This document shows, in pieces, positions 1 through 10,742 of a stretch of DNA of 64,000 nucleotides (its first letter is position 1; each line of letters begins with the position of its first letter). The position numbers and the translations under genes were made by a program. The notes under the pieces are model-generated. The model worked only from the letters and a program-made list of their open reading frames with translations, searched no databases and was not told where the DNA came from. This DNA comes from Marsupella aquatica. Lineage: Eukaryota > Plantae > Marchantiophyta. Location of the stretch: positions 19,603,292 to 19,667,291 of the forward strand of contig OZ316898.1 in assembly GCA_973895155.1 (NCBI GenBank). Reading direction: 5' to 3'.

Positions 1-2062
1 CATCCCTTCGAATTTGCTGCAGCCTACTACCATTGCCGTTTATATGCCCATCTTGAGGCTCTCAAACAATCGTCTGACTGGTTCGATACCATTCGATGGA
101 ACCCAGCAATACCATTACGATACCTTAGATTTTAGTAACAATAAGCTGAGTGGATCAATTCCTTCCATTTGCAACAATGGAAGTAGCCTTTTCTCCCACT
201 TTTGGCTTCAAAACAACCAGCTAGAAGGAGACATTGTCGATTTTCTCGCGCACTCTTATTCTTGTATAGTGGACTTGCAAGTAGCAAACAATTCCTTCAG
301 TGGGGATCTGTCGAGAATAACTTCTATCAGTGAGACTAGTATGGATTTGGTTAGGAAGCGATCGCTACTACAAACCGTAGACCTCAGCAACAACAGTTTT
401 TGGATGAGTACCACAGAAGCCAATCCTGATCCATTGAGGGTTTTGCTGGAGTTTTTTGTGCTCAATACATCTGTGACGAATTTTCGAATCCCAGGGAACA
501 ATTTCTCCGGAATTCGTCTACCTGCATACTTCTCCGTCGCGGCAGATTCCCTCAATTTTCTGGATTTAAGTCACAATCATCTGATGGGGAACATATCTGA
601 CGCAGCATTCAACAGCAGATGGTTCCCGGCAGTCCAATCTTTGAACTTGTCTAACAATGACTTGACGGGACCAATCCCGGAAGCCATTGTCATGCTTCCG
701 AAAATAGTGCTTCTTGATCTCTCCAACAATAGTCTATCTGGGTCGTTTCCTTCCATACTGCCAGCAAGTATCAAGCTTCTCTTTGCAGGCAATGATGGAC
801 TTTGCGGTGGTCCCTTACGAGCTTGTACGCAAGCGACACGTTCACAATGGTGGATATTGGTCGTTGGAATTGGGGGTTCTATTATAATAGTTGTGTTAAG
901 TTGTTTGGTTGTTGCGTGGCGATGGAGAGTGTACCGCAAAATGCACCAACAAGATGCTGATTTAATCAAAACACTGCTGGAGAGAGAATCAGCATCGTTG
1001 ATGTCCCTTCGCGAGCTGAAGAAAGCGACAAACAACTTTGCTGAGGATTCACAAATAGGAGAGGGAGGCTTTGGGACTGTCTACACAGGCAAACTTAATG
1101 ACGGAACCAAAGTGGCCATCAAGAGAAGCAAGTTCGAAGGATTGGAGAAGGACAAACAACGATTCTTGAACGAGGTCAGGATATTGTCCCAAGTAAACCA
1201 CCGTCATCTTGTGAAGCTCCTCGGTTGTTGCATGGAGAACAAGATTGCTTTGCTTGTCTTTGAATTTGTTTCAAATGGCACACTCCAAGAACATCTTCAA
1301 GGAAAGACTGAGGGTATACATTTGAGCTGGAAACAACGGCTTCAGATTGCGATTCAAACAGCAGATTCTCTAAACTATCTTCATTCAGCTGCAAGTTTCC
1401 CAATTTATCATCGGGATGTCAAGTCGGCCAACATACTGTTAGACAAGGATCTTAATGCCAAAGTGGCAGATTTTGGAATCTCGAAGTTGGCTCCCCTCGA
1501 AGCGACGCATGTTTCAACAGTTGCAATCCAAGGCACCATGGGCTATATGGATCCCGAATACTACACCTCCTACAAACTAACCGATAAAAGTGACGTGTAC
1601 AGCTTTGGTGTGGTCCTATTGGAACTCATCTCAGCAAAGGCTGTCATAGACTTTATGAGGGGTGAAGAAAAAACCAGTTTGGTGAATTTTGCAAGCATAC
1701 ACGTCGAGAATGGGGACTTGCAAGAACTGATCGATCAGGCTCTTCTGGAGACCTACAATGATTCGACCGGTAATGGCAGGGAGTCAATCTTGAATGTGGG
1801 CAGGCTAGCTCTGAAGTGTCTGCAGATACGATCCAAGGCCAGACCAAGCATGCACGAGGTGTGGAAAGAGCTGCAAGATATATGGCTGGCGCTTTCATGC
1901 ACGTCCGAGGAATTGTGCTCTATTAATGATGAAAATAATGACATACTGCACAATTACGCAATTATCCTATCTGAATCTTCCCCTTCTGGATCTTCCCCTT
2001 CCAGTTGCCCTAGTTTTAGTGTAAAAAGTGATGATGGTAGTATTGAGATGTCATTAAGGTAA
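1..2062 (+). CDS. LRR receptor-like kinase with WAK/WAKL-type kinase domain, copy 1 (5' part outside the window)
   Basis: Plant LRRs (LxLSNNxLTGxIP), C-cap GNDGLCG, TM segment WWILVVGIGGSIIIVVLSCLVVAW, and a full RD kinase (GEGGFGTVY, VAIK, HRDVKSANILL, DFG, GTMGYMDPEY). No introns in the visible part. Confidence 0.95.
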   Translation, partial: IPSNLLQPTTIAVYMPILRLSNNRLTGSIPFDGTQQYHYDTLDFSNNKLSGSIPSICNNGSSLFSHFWLQNNQLEGDIVDFLAHSYSCIVDLQVANNSFSGDLSRITSISETSMDLVRKRSLLQTVDLSNNSFWMSTTEANPDPLRVLLEFFVLNTSVTNFRIPGNNFSGIRLPAYFSVAADSLNFLDLSHNHLMGNISDAAFNSRWFPAVQSLNLSNNDLTGPIPEAIVMLPKIVLLDLSNNSLSGSFPSILPASIKLLFAGNDGLCGGPLRACTQATRSQWWILVVGIGGSIIIVVLSCLVVAWRWRVYRKMHQQDADLIKTLLERESASLMSLRELKKATNNFAEDSQIGEGGFGTVYTGKLNDGTKVAIKRSKFEGLEKDKQRFLNEVRILSQVNHRHLVKLLGCCMENKIALLVFEFVSNGTLQEHLQGKTEGIHLSWKQRLQIAIQTADSLNYLHSAASFPIYHRDVKSANILLDKDLNAKVADFGISKLAPLEATHVSTVAIQGTMGYMDPEYYTSYKLTDKSDVYSFGVVLLELISAKAVIDFMRGEEKTSLVNFASIHVENGDLQELIDQALLETYNDSTGNGRESILNVGRLALKCLQIRSKARPSMHEVWKELQDIWLALSCTSEELCSINDENNDILHNYAIILSESSPSGSSPSSCPSFSVKSDDGSIEMSLR

Positions 2063-2717
2063 TCGGCCTCAGTAGTGGCCTGCATGCCACAGAGGTTAAG
2101 AAAATTGTGGGTCAGATATATTGAGGTTAAATTCGTACGTATCAGAGAACAGCTGTTAAGGTCTCCCATCCTTAGTTTGAGGAATCTATTGAAAAATGGT
2201 ACCAGTCGAAGGCTCACTGCAGTAACTTATTGTAGCAGGCCGAGAGCAAGCAGGTGAAGAATTGTAGATAGCTAGCCTAGGTTGAGAGAAGTCCTCACGT
2301 TTGATTGAATTGCCTGGCTTGCACGTTATAAGGGTCAGAATTTGTGCCACACAGCTATCTCTTGCATCAATGGGGTCTGGGAACCCGGAGCCATACTCTG
2401 GTCTTCTAGGTGCAGCTACTCCTGTTCGTAGCGTACAGGTTGGCCTTTGGGATTTGCCTTTGGGTTTTGTAGGTTTACGTACTATGTACAAATTGAGTTC
2501 TTAGTTTCTTGTAGATTTAATTAATTATAAAGCCTGAATATGATCAAGAGTCCTGAATCGCTTTCTAAGAGAATTGCAACACGTTCATGTGTGTTGCAGA
2601 GTTTAACAACGTAGCCTTATAGTTCAGATCTACCTCTTGAAATCACTTTTCTTGTCATTGACAGTCTCTTGCAGAGTAGAAGCAATGTTTCTTGGTTTTT
2701 TCGTCGGTAGAGATTAA
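1..2717 (+). repeat. Segmental duplication, copy A (matches 38591-41294)
   Basis: Collinear and near-identical to 38591-41294, including about 650 bp of 3' flank; identity stops after GAGATTAA. Confidence 0.95.
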
Positions 2718-2723
2718 GATTAA

Positions 2724-2744
2724 CCCTAAACCCTAAACCCCTAA
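2724..2744 (-). repeat. Short interstitial plant telomere-type tract, about 3 units of TTTAGGG
   Basis: CCCTAAA CCCTAAA CCCCTAA immediately after a duplicated GATTAA. Confidence 0.7.
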
Positions 2745-3440
2745 CCAACTGTGGTCCCCTATTTTGGCCCTTCTTGGACTCAAACCCAACCACTTGGACG
2801 CAAAGCTAAGTTGTTATGCCCATAACTTTTTGGTAAGATGTTTCTAGGTGAGCTATATTAGCCCATTGTGATCAGGCCTACACATTGCTCATGCCCAAGC
2901 ACTCAAATTCATCATATGTTGAGGTTCTGGGAAACAACAACAAAAATTCCTCGCACGAGCAAATTTTTGCTCATACGACCCCTAAATTTTTTATTTCCAA
3001 CTTACTCCCTTGTTAACAACCTGGTCGATAACATACATTTTTGTAACTCATGTTTTTGCCACCAAACTTGCTACCCATTTGGAGTCATTAAAAACATAAA
3101 ATATATGAAAGGCAAAAAAAGCAAAAGAAATTAAAAACCACTGGTGTCTAGCTAATAACACTTTCCTAGATAACAAAACTCCTGTTTGCTCGCATTATAC
3201 AATACCTCAAGCAGGTCTCCTAGCTAACAAAACGAGTATAACCACCGTTATAATAAACCACAAATAGTTACTCGTAAAAACAAATGGGTGGTAAATTGTT
3301 TGGAATTTGTCTTTTTGGAATTTTTTATTTTTTAACTTTGTACAGTTGACATTTATTTGCACCAGAGCTAGTAATAGTATTGCCTGATACTAGGAAAAAG
3401 TTGTAGTGTTTTAAATTATTTTGGAACTTTTTAGATAAAT

Positions 3441-3535
3441 TTTTAATGACACTTTTTAGATTGTTTTGTTTATTAGTAACAGTGAGTAAAGCTTTTAATG
3501 ACACATTTTTTAGATTGTTTTGTTTATTAGAACAG
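3441..3535. repeat. About 52-bp AT-rich tandem duplication
   Basis: TTTTAATGACAC..TTTTTAGATTGTTTTGTTTATTAG..AACAG occurs twice. Confidence 0.85.
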
Positions 3536-3752
3536 GCCGGGCCGGGCAGGGATAGGCCGGGACAGGCCAGGGGTCGGGCCGGGAGAGGCCGGGGTTGGGG
3601 CCGGGAGAGGCCGGGAGAGGCCGGGAGAGGGTTGGGGCCAGGCAGGGCCGGGAGAGGCCAGGATAGGCTGGGGGTCGGGCCGGGACAGGGTTGGGGCAAG
3701 GTGTGAGCCAGCCGGGGCCAGGAGGTCATGGCCGGGCCGGGCTGGGCCGGGA
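3534..3752 (+). repeat. G-rich GGCCGGG minisatellite, potentially G-quadruplex forming
   Basis: Many GGCCGGG(A/C) units of about 10 nt with numerous GGG runs; shares GGGTCGGGCCGGG with about 62727-62802. Confidence 0.85.
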
Positions 3753-3968
3753 AGAGTTGCAAGTTAACTAACTCTAAAGCCTCTATTTGCCAAGCCTCTA
3801 TTTTTCAGGCAAGTCCAAACCAGGTGAAAATACACTTGCCATCCTCAGGTGAAGATGGAGACACTGAAGATGGAGAAACAATGCCCTCCAATGCCATGAT
3901 GTGGAAACAAGTTACAGAGTAGTACGTTAGACGTACAGGGCTCTGTCAAAATTGGCGAAGAGATCAAA

Positions 3969-4091
3969 ATGGGGCTCAAGCATGGGAGAAAGCCCGAAAC
4001 ATTCCTCGTCAGATTTTTCCCTCTACTTCTTTGGTCAGTGGCTCGGATCATTATTGTAGCTGAAGTTGCAGCGGGCGCAGGCTTGGAGCTG
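3969..4091 (+). pseudogene. 5' half (signal/anchor peptide) of the split alpha/beta-hydrolase-like gene
   Basis: ATG at 3969 gives MGLKHGRKPETFLVRFFPLLLWSVARIIIVAEVAAGAGLEL (41 codons), which joins in frame to 27177. Confidence 0.85.
4054..4091 (+). repeat. 38-bp direct repeat, left copy (target-site-duplication-like)
   Basis: TTGTAGCTGAAGTTGCAGCGGGCGCAGGCTTGGAGCTG; one mismatch to 27139-27176. Confidence 0.95.
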
Positions 4092-4142
4092 TTCCCTCGC
4101 TGAATTTTTTGAAAGCGCCGCAAATGTTTTGAAGTTCCATGA

Positions 4143-5738
4143 ATGCATTTGCCGAATGTTGCAACTTTGAAAATTGGAGTTCCCTCGCTCAATGCGCGGA
4201 ATCTGAATTGGTTCGGATCTACATTCGCGAAGATGGCGTTTACAGGCAACATGTCTCCGCTGAACAATCAAGTTCTTCAGCATCCAGATCGACTCCGCTA
4301 TTCACCTGGTGAAGTTGTGATTCTGGACTCTCAGCTTCCTGAAGCCGGAGTCGACATACAATTGCCAGTTCCAGCAATGGCCATAGGCGGCAATAATCGG
4401 AAGCTCTTGCCACAACATCTCGCACACATTGTTGATTGGTTGGAAGTACCTGAGAACTTTGCCATGCTGAATGGGACGAGTAGTCGGCCGTTTGTCACCC
4501 GTAAACATCCTCCGAAGAAGACAGTGTTCAAAAAAATGCTCATCGACCTTCATGACGCTGGGTTCCCCAAATTTGTGACAACAGGCGATAACCTTGACAA
4601 ACGGTCTCAGCGTTTCATCAAAAAATACAAGGAGGCACTAGCGATAAAGCGAGACTGTGGTGCTGGATTGACAGATGCGGAGTTGAGGCAGGGTCTTACT
4701 CTGGCCAATAAGTATGAGAAGATTTGCCCTCATTTTGAGCGGATGCATGCCATTTATGGGGAGAGGGCGAAATGTTTCACCTCCGAGCACAATCGCTGCT
4801 GGTCTGCCAGGTCACCGTGAATTGTATGTTGACAAAGGATCTGATGATGACGAGGTGCCTCAATCCGAAGTGCCAACTCAAGATCCCCTAGATTATAACA
4901 ATTTGCGTAAGTTCAAACTTTAAATCCCTCAAATCCTCAATTCTTGAATTCTTGAATTCTGAAAATTTACATCTTCTACAATGTGGGAGCGCAAGTTATT
5001 TAGGCCTTTCAATTGTATCATGTTGCAGGTGATGAAAATTTTGATTTTGCTCAAACTCTATCGGACGATGACGTCGATGCCTCTGATGCTGCTGCGGGCT
5101 TCAACAGCGTACCTCAAGAACCAGTCCTTCCCACACCAGGTGACAACCAATCACCCCCTACATCAAGTCAACCTACTGTGGAGGAACCAATGTCCACTCC
5201 AACACCCACAAGGTCACAAGGACAAAGCAGAGGCACTAACTCTACTCATGCAACTCCTACGAACTCCACTCATGCAAGTCCTATTGTCACTCAGGAACGA
5301 GGTGCCCAACGACCCAGACAGGGGAAGAGGCCATCAGCCACACAAACCTCGTCAAGGCCCAATCTTGCTGAGGTGTATGCTGAGAAATTGGCAGAAAAGA
5401 ATGCCTTTAGGATTCAAATGATTGATGCCAAGGACAGATGGCGCGCCCAAGAAATTGCAGATCGGAAGGAGGCCAGAGAAGCAGATGCCGCGACATAGAA
5501 GGCTATGCTTGATGCCCAATCTGCAGAAGTGGCAAGAAGAGAACGGGTTCAACGCAAACAAGAGGAGAAACGAGTCAGAGTTGATATGACTCACTAGCTT
5601 GCTATTATCAAGGCGCAACAAGCCACAGTCTTGTTGACTGAGCTTGTAAGGCAAAATCGGACCGCAGAGCAGTTTAGGGAATTCAAGGCCATTATCGACG
5701 AAGGGGCTACGTTTATCCCCGACTCGGTTGGCCCATAA
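4143..5738 (+). pseudogene. PIF/Harbinger-associated Myb/SANT-like protein, disrupted
   Basis: IVDWLEVPENF...KKYKEA...GAGLT...YEKICPHFERMHAIYGER, then a low-complexity linker and a coiled-coil C-terminus. +1 frameshift near 4770, GT..AG intron about 4907-5028, in-frame TAG at 5496 and near 5595. Confidence 0.7.
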
Positions 5739-5857
5739 CAGTTCTGCAATTATGGTCAATTGTGTTGGAGTATGACATTTTATTCCATTTCTGACATGGA
5801 GTTATTTACAAATGCTGTGGCACATTTCCCACTTCTCCCCGTTGTATTCCTACTTCA

Positions 5858-6201
5858 TGTTGAGCATAGACGACATTCGTAACGGCAAGCCCATGAACCA
5901 TCCAACGCACAAGAGTCGACACAGAGAGATACGTGGTTCACCTCCACATGAGGCTACGTCCACGGGAACACACAAGAGCTTTACTGCACTCTAGGCCGAC
6001 CGGCCATACCAAGCATCCATAGCACAAGCTCTCTCTATCTCTCAACTAGCTCTATAAAAATGAGCCTTTATTCCACCAGGGTCTGGCATCAGCCCTGGCT
6101 ATATGCACAACAGCACTACCGCTAACCTTAGCTAGGTCCTAACCTGAGTTAGCCTAACTATGGTTAGCAAAAGAGTCACAAGACTAGAGCAATATCTAAC
6201 A
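5858..6201 (-). repeat. 3' LTR of copia element 1
   Basis: TGTTGAGC...TCTAACA; about 10 substitutions relative to 12129-12472; adjacent PPT (minus strand TCAAGGGGGAGTT, 6202-6214). Confidence 0.95.
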
Positions 6202-6408
6202 AACTCCCCCTTGACTCTTGTCTTGGGGACTGGACTAAATGCTACCATATGGAATCCTCAGCGGGAAGTTCTAGACAATCACCAAACCAGGTCTCCCCCT
6301 AAAAACCACAAGGGTTAACTAAGGGTTAACTAGAACTAAGCCGTAGCCTAACAGGAATGAGTAATCCATATACAAATAGTCACACATTGCTAAATAACTC
6401 TACTTGCA

Positions 6409-9400
6409 CTACAACTGCAAAACCTGCAAAGTAGCACGGTGTCTTGAGAAACTCTCCAAAGGAATCACTTTGGTAAAGGCATCAGCAGGATTGAGCTTTC
6501 CATCAATCTTGACTAGCTCAAAAGTTTTATCAGACACTGCTTGCCTGATAAAATGGTACCTGATATCAATGTGCTTCACCCTGCTATCCATCACCTGGTT
6601 AGCAGCCAAGTGAAGAGCACTCTGACTATCACAGTTTAGAGTCATTTTTCCATGCTCTAAACCCATCTTCACGATCAACTTATCCAACCAAATTGCTTCC
6701 TTTGCTGCTTCTGTTACTGCAACATACTCTGCTTTTGTAGTAGACTGAGATATGCACTTCTGCAAGGTAGATTTCCAACTGATACATCCTCCTCCAAGAG
6801 TGTAAACAAACCCAGTTGTAGACCTCCTGTATCCAGACAGCCTCCATAGTCAGAATCTACATAGCCAACCAATGTTCTATCTGATCTGTTATCAAATAGT
6901 AATCCATAGTCCTGTGTTCCCTTCACATACCTGAGAATCCATTTCACAGCTTCCCAGTGTACCTTCCCTGGATTTGACATGAATCTGCTAACCTTGCCCA
7001 TCGCTAGGGCCAAGTCAGGCCTAGTACAAGTCATCAAATACATCAGACTGCCTACTGCCTTCTCATACGGAATCTTAGCCATCAGACCTTTCTCCACAGC
7101 ATCCGTAGGAGAGAAAGCCGATGATAACTTGAAATGTGAAGCTAAAGGAATACTCACTGGCTTACAGTTCTCCATGTTGAATCGTGCAAGTACTTTCCTT
7201 GCATACTGGCCTTGACTCAAGCATAACTGTCCAGTCTCACAGTTCCTAAAAATCTCCATCCCTAAGATCCTCTTGGCCTTACCAAGATCCTTCATCCTGA
7301 ATTCAACACTCAATTTCGCCTTGAGACTGTCAACCTTAGATTGATCTTTAGCCACAATCAGCATGTCATCCACATAGATCACCAGAATGATGAAACCGAA
7401 TACATCATTCTTGACTGATTTCGTATACACACAAGGATCATACACCATCCTTGTAAAACCTTGAGCAAGCATGAAATCATCAAACCGCTTGTTCCATTGT
7501 CTGGGAGACTGCTTCAATCCATACAAGGACTTGAGCAATCTGCACACTAAGTTCTCTTGGCCTTTCTTCATAAAGCCTAGTGGTTGTCTCATGAAGATCA
7601 TCTCTTCCAAGTTGCCATAGAGAAAAGCAGTAACAGCATCCATCTGATCCATCACCAGACCAAAAAACACAACAAGCTGACACAAGATCCGAATTGTGGA
7701 ATACTTAGCTACCGGTGAAAAGACCTCATTGTAATCCACTCCTTTCTCCTGAGTGAATCCCTTGGCAACAAGCCGTGCCTTGTAGATCTTATCTCCACCC
7801 TCTGAAGGACTGTCCTTCAACTTGTAAATCCACTTGCTGTCCACCACTTGCTGACCTCTTGGAAGCTCCACCAGCTCCCATGTCTTGTTGTCACTCAAAG
7901 ATTGCAACTCCCTCTGCATTGCTGCATTCCACTCATGCTTCTGCTCTAAAGCACAAGCCTCACTATACAAAGAAGGCTCTCCTTCTTCCAAGATCAAAGC
8001 CATATCATCTTCATCAGGTGCAATGTCAATATCATCTAGCTTAGATGAGTCTGCCCGTTGACCATACCTGGTAGGAGCTCTAGTAGAACGACTGGAAGTT
8101 CTTCTAGTAGATGACTCAGGCTGATCTGCTGCTGCTGCTGCTGGTTGAATTTGAGGTACCCCAGCAACAATCTGCTCCTCTTGTTCCATCACAGAAACCA
8201 GCTCCAAGCCCGAAGCTTCTCCATCTCTCCTGTCATGAACTGCATCATGACTAATCTCCCCCTCAACCCGGTCCGGGATGGGAGATTTCCCCTTGTCAGT
8301 ATGGGAGTCCTGAGAACTCTCACCCTCCTTTGATGATCTGGATTCATTAAAGGACACATCTCTACTGACAATTAGTTTACAAGTTACTGGATCCCATAAC
8401 CTATAACCCTTAACACCTTTCTGATAGCCAAGGAAAATGCACTTCTTCGACTTGGACTCCAGCTTGGATCGAAGCTGGGAAGGTGTAAGCACATAAGCAT
8501 CACATCCAAAAATCCTCAGATGTGAGTAATCTGCTGGACGCCCGTACCTCATTTCAAATGGCGTCTTGAATCCAATAGAACTGGATGGAGAAAAATTTAC
8601 CAAATAAGCTGCAGTGTTGACAGCTTCAGCCCAAAACTCATGTGGTAAGCATGATTGACTCAATATACTCCTCGAGCGGTCCAATAGTGTTCGGTTGAGT
8701 CTCTCAGAAACACCATTCTGCTGAGGAGTATAACTTGTTGTGAGATGACGAGTAATCTCCTGCTCCTTACAATACGTTCCAAATTCCACGGAATTGTATT
8801 CACCGCCGTTATCCGATCGAAGATATCTCACCTTATTACCAGTCTGATTCTCAACTTGGGCTTTCCACTCCTTAAAAGTGGCAAAAACATCAGACTTATT
8901 GTGTAGAAAGTATATCCACACATACCTTGAGTAATCGTCTATGAACGTGACATAGTATAACCGTCCAGAATGTGAGGGAGTAGGGGCTGGACCCCACACA
9001 TCACTATGTACATACTCAAGTACCTCCTTGCTGGTGTGAGTTCCAACTCCGAAGGGTTTCCTGTGCTGCTTCCCTAGCACACAGTGCTCATAAAATTCCA
9101 ACTTACAAGATTGCAAATTAGAAAGTAATCCTTTCTTCTGAAGAATAACCAAACCTTTTTCACTCATGTGGCCCAAATGGAAGTGCCACAGCCGGGCCGT
9201 CTCCTCATGAGATAAGGTTACATTGGCTTTATCACAAACTACACTGCCCTCCAAAACGTATAGATTGCTATGTCTCTTTCCCTTCATTACAACTTTAGTA
9301 CTAGTTGAAACCTGAAGGACACCATTAGCAGAGCTCCACTGATGGCCATTTGCTTCTAAAACTCCAAGTGAAATGAGATTTTTCATCATGCTGGGAATAT

Positions 9401-9629
9401 GTCTCACATTCCTCAACGTTCTCACAACACCATCAAACATCTGAAATCTTACAGATCCAAGTCCAACAACTTGACATGGGATTCCATTTCCCATCAACAC
9501 TGACCCGTTGGAAACCGTGTAAGAACTGAAACAATCTCTCCTAGAGCAAATGTGAAAAGTACATGCACTATCTAGAATCCAGTCATCTTTACCTGGATTT
9601 GACACTACGTTGAGAGCATAACTTTGACA
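6409..9629 (-). pseudogene. Copia pol (protease, integrase, RT, RNase H), frameshifted in RNase H
   Basis: WILDSACTFH, HSDVWGP, RSDNGGEY, GVKGYRLWD, YKARLVAKG, YVDDM, CDSQSA. 1-nt frameshift near 6828; integrase zinc finger reads YEHC instead of CEHC. Confidence 0.93.
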
Positions 9630-10742
9630 TCACAATATGTCATCATCATCGAGTAAATCTACCTCATGCGAGCTCGATGCCGCATTAGCAGAGGCAATAG
9701 GGACCTTTACTTGACAATCCCTTTTCATGTGGCCAGGCTTGCCACAATTCCAACATGCAAGAGGCTTCCTCTCTTGCGATTTCCCTCTGGATTTAGATCT
9801 CCCTCGTGATGTAGATCTAAACTTGTTCTGCCCATTCGTGCGCTGCGCTGCTCTTCCCCTGTTCATATTCAGCGTAGTGCCAGAAGAAGATGCTGTCTGT
9901 GATAGACCCAGCTTCTTCTGAGCATCATCAGACAGTAATGAGCTCACCACCTCATTATACGAAATAGACTTCAGATCTCTATACAAGAGAACCTGTTTCA
10001 AGCCCTGATAAGACGGCGGTAAGGAGCTTAGTAGAAGCAAGGCCTTATCCTCATCTTCAACTCCTTTTCCCAGGTTTGACAGATCCACCGCAAGACTGTC
10101 AAATTCATCTAGGTGATCCTGCATCTTGCTCCCTTCCTTGAGCCTAAGGCTCATCAAGAGAGACTTCTTGTACAGCCGGTCTGACGCATCTTCCCGGTAG
10201 TACTTCTCTCTAAGAGCCTTGAATAGTGACGCGCAATCCACATAATCATCCAGCTGCTTGATGATGTGCGGCTTGAGATATAGCATCACTGCATTGACAG
10301 CAATCACCTTCTTTTGTCTCCACTGTCTCAAAGAAATCTCCTCCTCTCCATCATACTGCTCTCGCAAAGAGAGCAGATGAGCTAAGCCCATGGCCCGTAG
10401 AACACCCTTCACTTGCTTCTCCCACAACAAGTAGTCAGTACGACCATTGTACTTCTCCACCTCAAACTTTACTCCTCCGAATCTAGCCATCTCCCTCTTC
10501 TTCCCTACTACCGATAGCTCTGGTAGTAACACAGCTTCCTCCACTGCATGCCACACCGGTGATTGTACCGGTGTCACTAGTTCTTCCTCAAATGGTAGCA
10601 GCTCCTCCTCAGACTCTCCGTCTGACCGTCGCGATCCTGAAGCTCCACCGACGCCAATTCTTCCAGTATCCTCCGAGTCACTCATCTTGGGAAACTCCCC
10701 CATTTTGACCACCTCGAAGAATAACCAAAATACCCAGTACAA
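9630..10742 (-). CDS. Copia gag
   Basis: MARFGGVKFEVEKYNGRTDYLLW (ATG at 10490), LLLSSLPPSY, zinc knuckle CWNCGKPGHMKRDC; ends at an in-frame TGA just before the protease. Confidence 0.9.
   Translation of the reverse strand: MYWVFWLFFEVVKMGEFPKMSDSEDTGRIGVGGASGSRRSDGESEEELLPFEEELVTPVQSPVWHAVEEAVLLPELSVVGKKREMARFGGVKFEVEKYNGRTDYLLWEKQVKGVLRAMGLAHLLSLREQYDGEEEISLRQWRQKKVIAVNAVMLYLKPHIIKQLDDYVDCASLFKALREKYYREDASDRLYKKSLLMSLRLKEGSKMQDHLDEFDSLAVDLSNLGKGVEDEDKALLLLSSLPPSYQGLKQVLLYRDLKSISYNEVVSSLLSDDAQKKLGLSQTASSSGTTLNMNRGRAAQRTNGQNKFRSTSRGRSKSRGKSQERKPLACWNCGKPGHMKRDCQVKVPIASANAASSSHEVDLLDDDDIL

Noticed and set aside
256-2217. Minus-strand ORFs over both receptor genes (also 38846-40807)
   Set aside because: Antisense shadows, conserved only because the whole segment is duplicated.
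3325-3762. Pro-rich and Gly/Arg-rich ORFs
   Set aside because: Translation artefacts of the GGCCGGG minisatellite.
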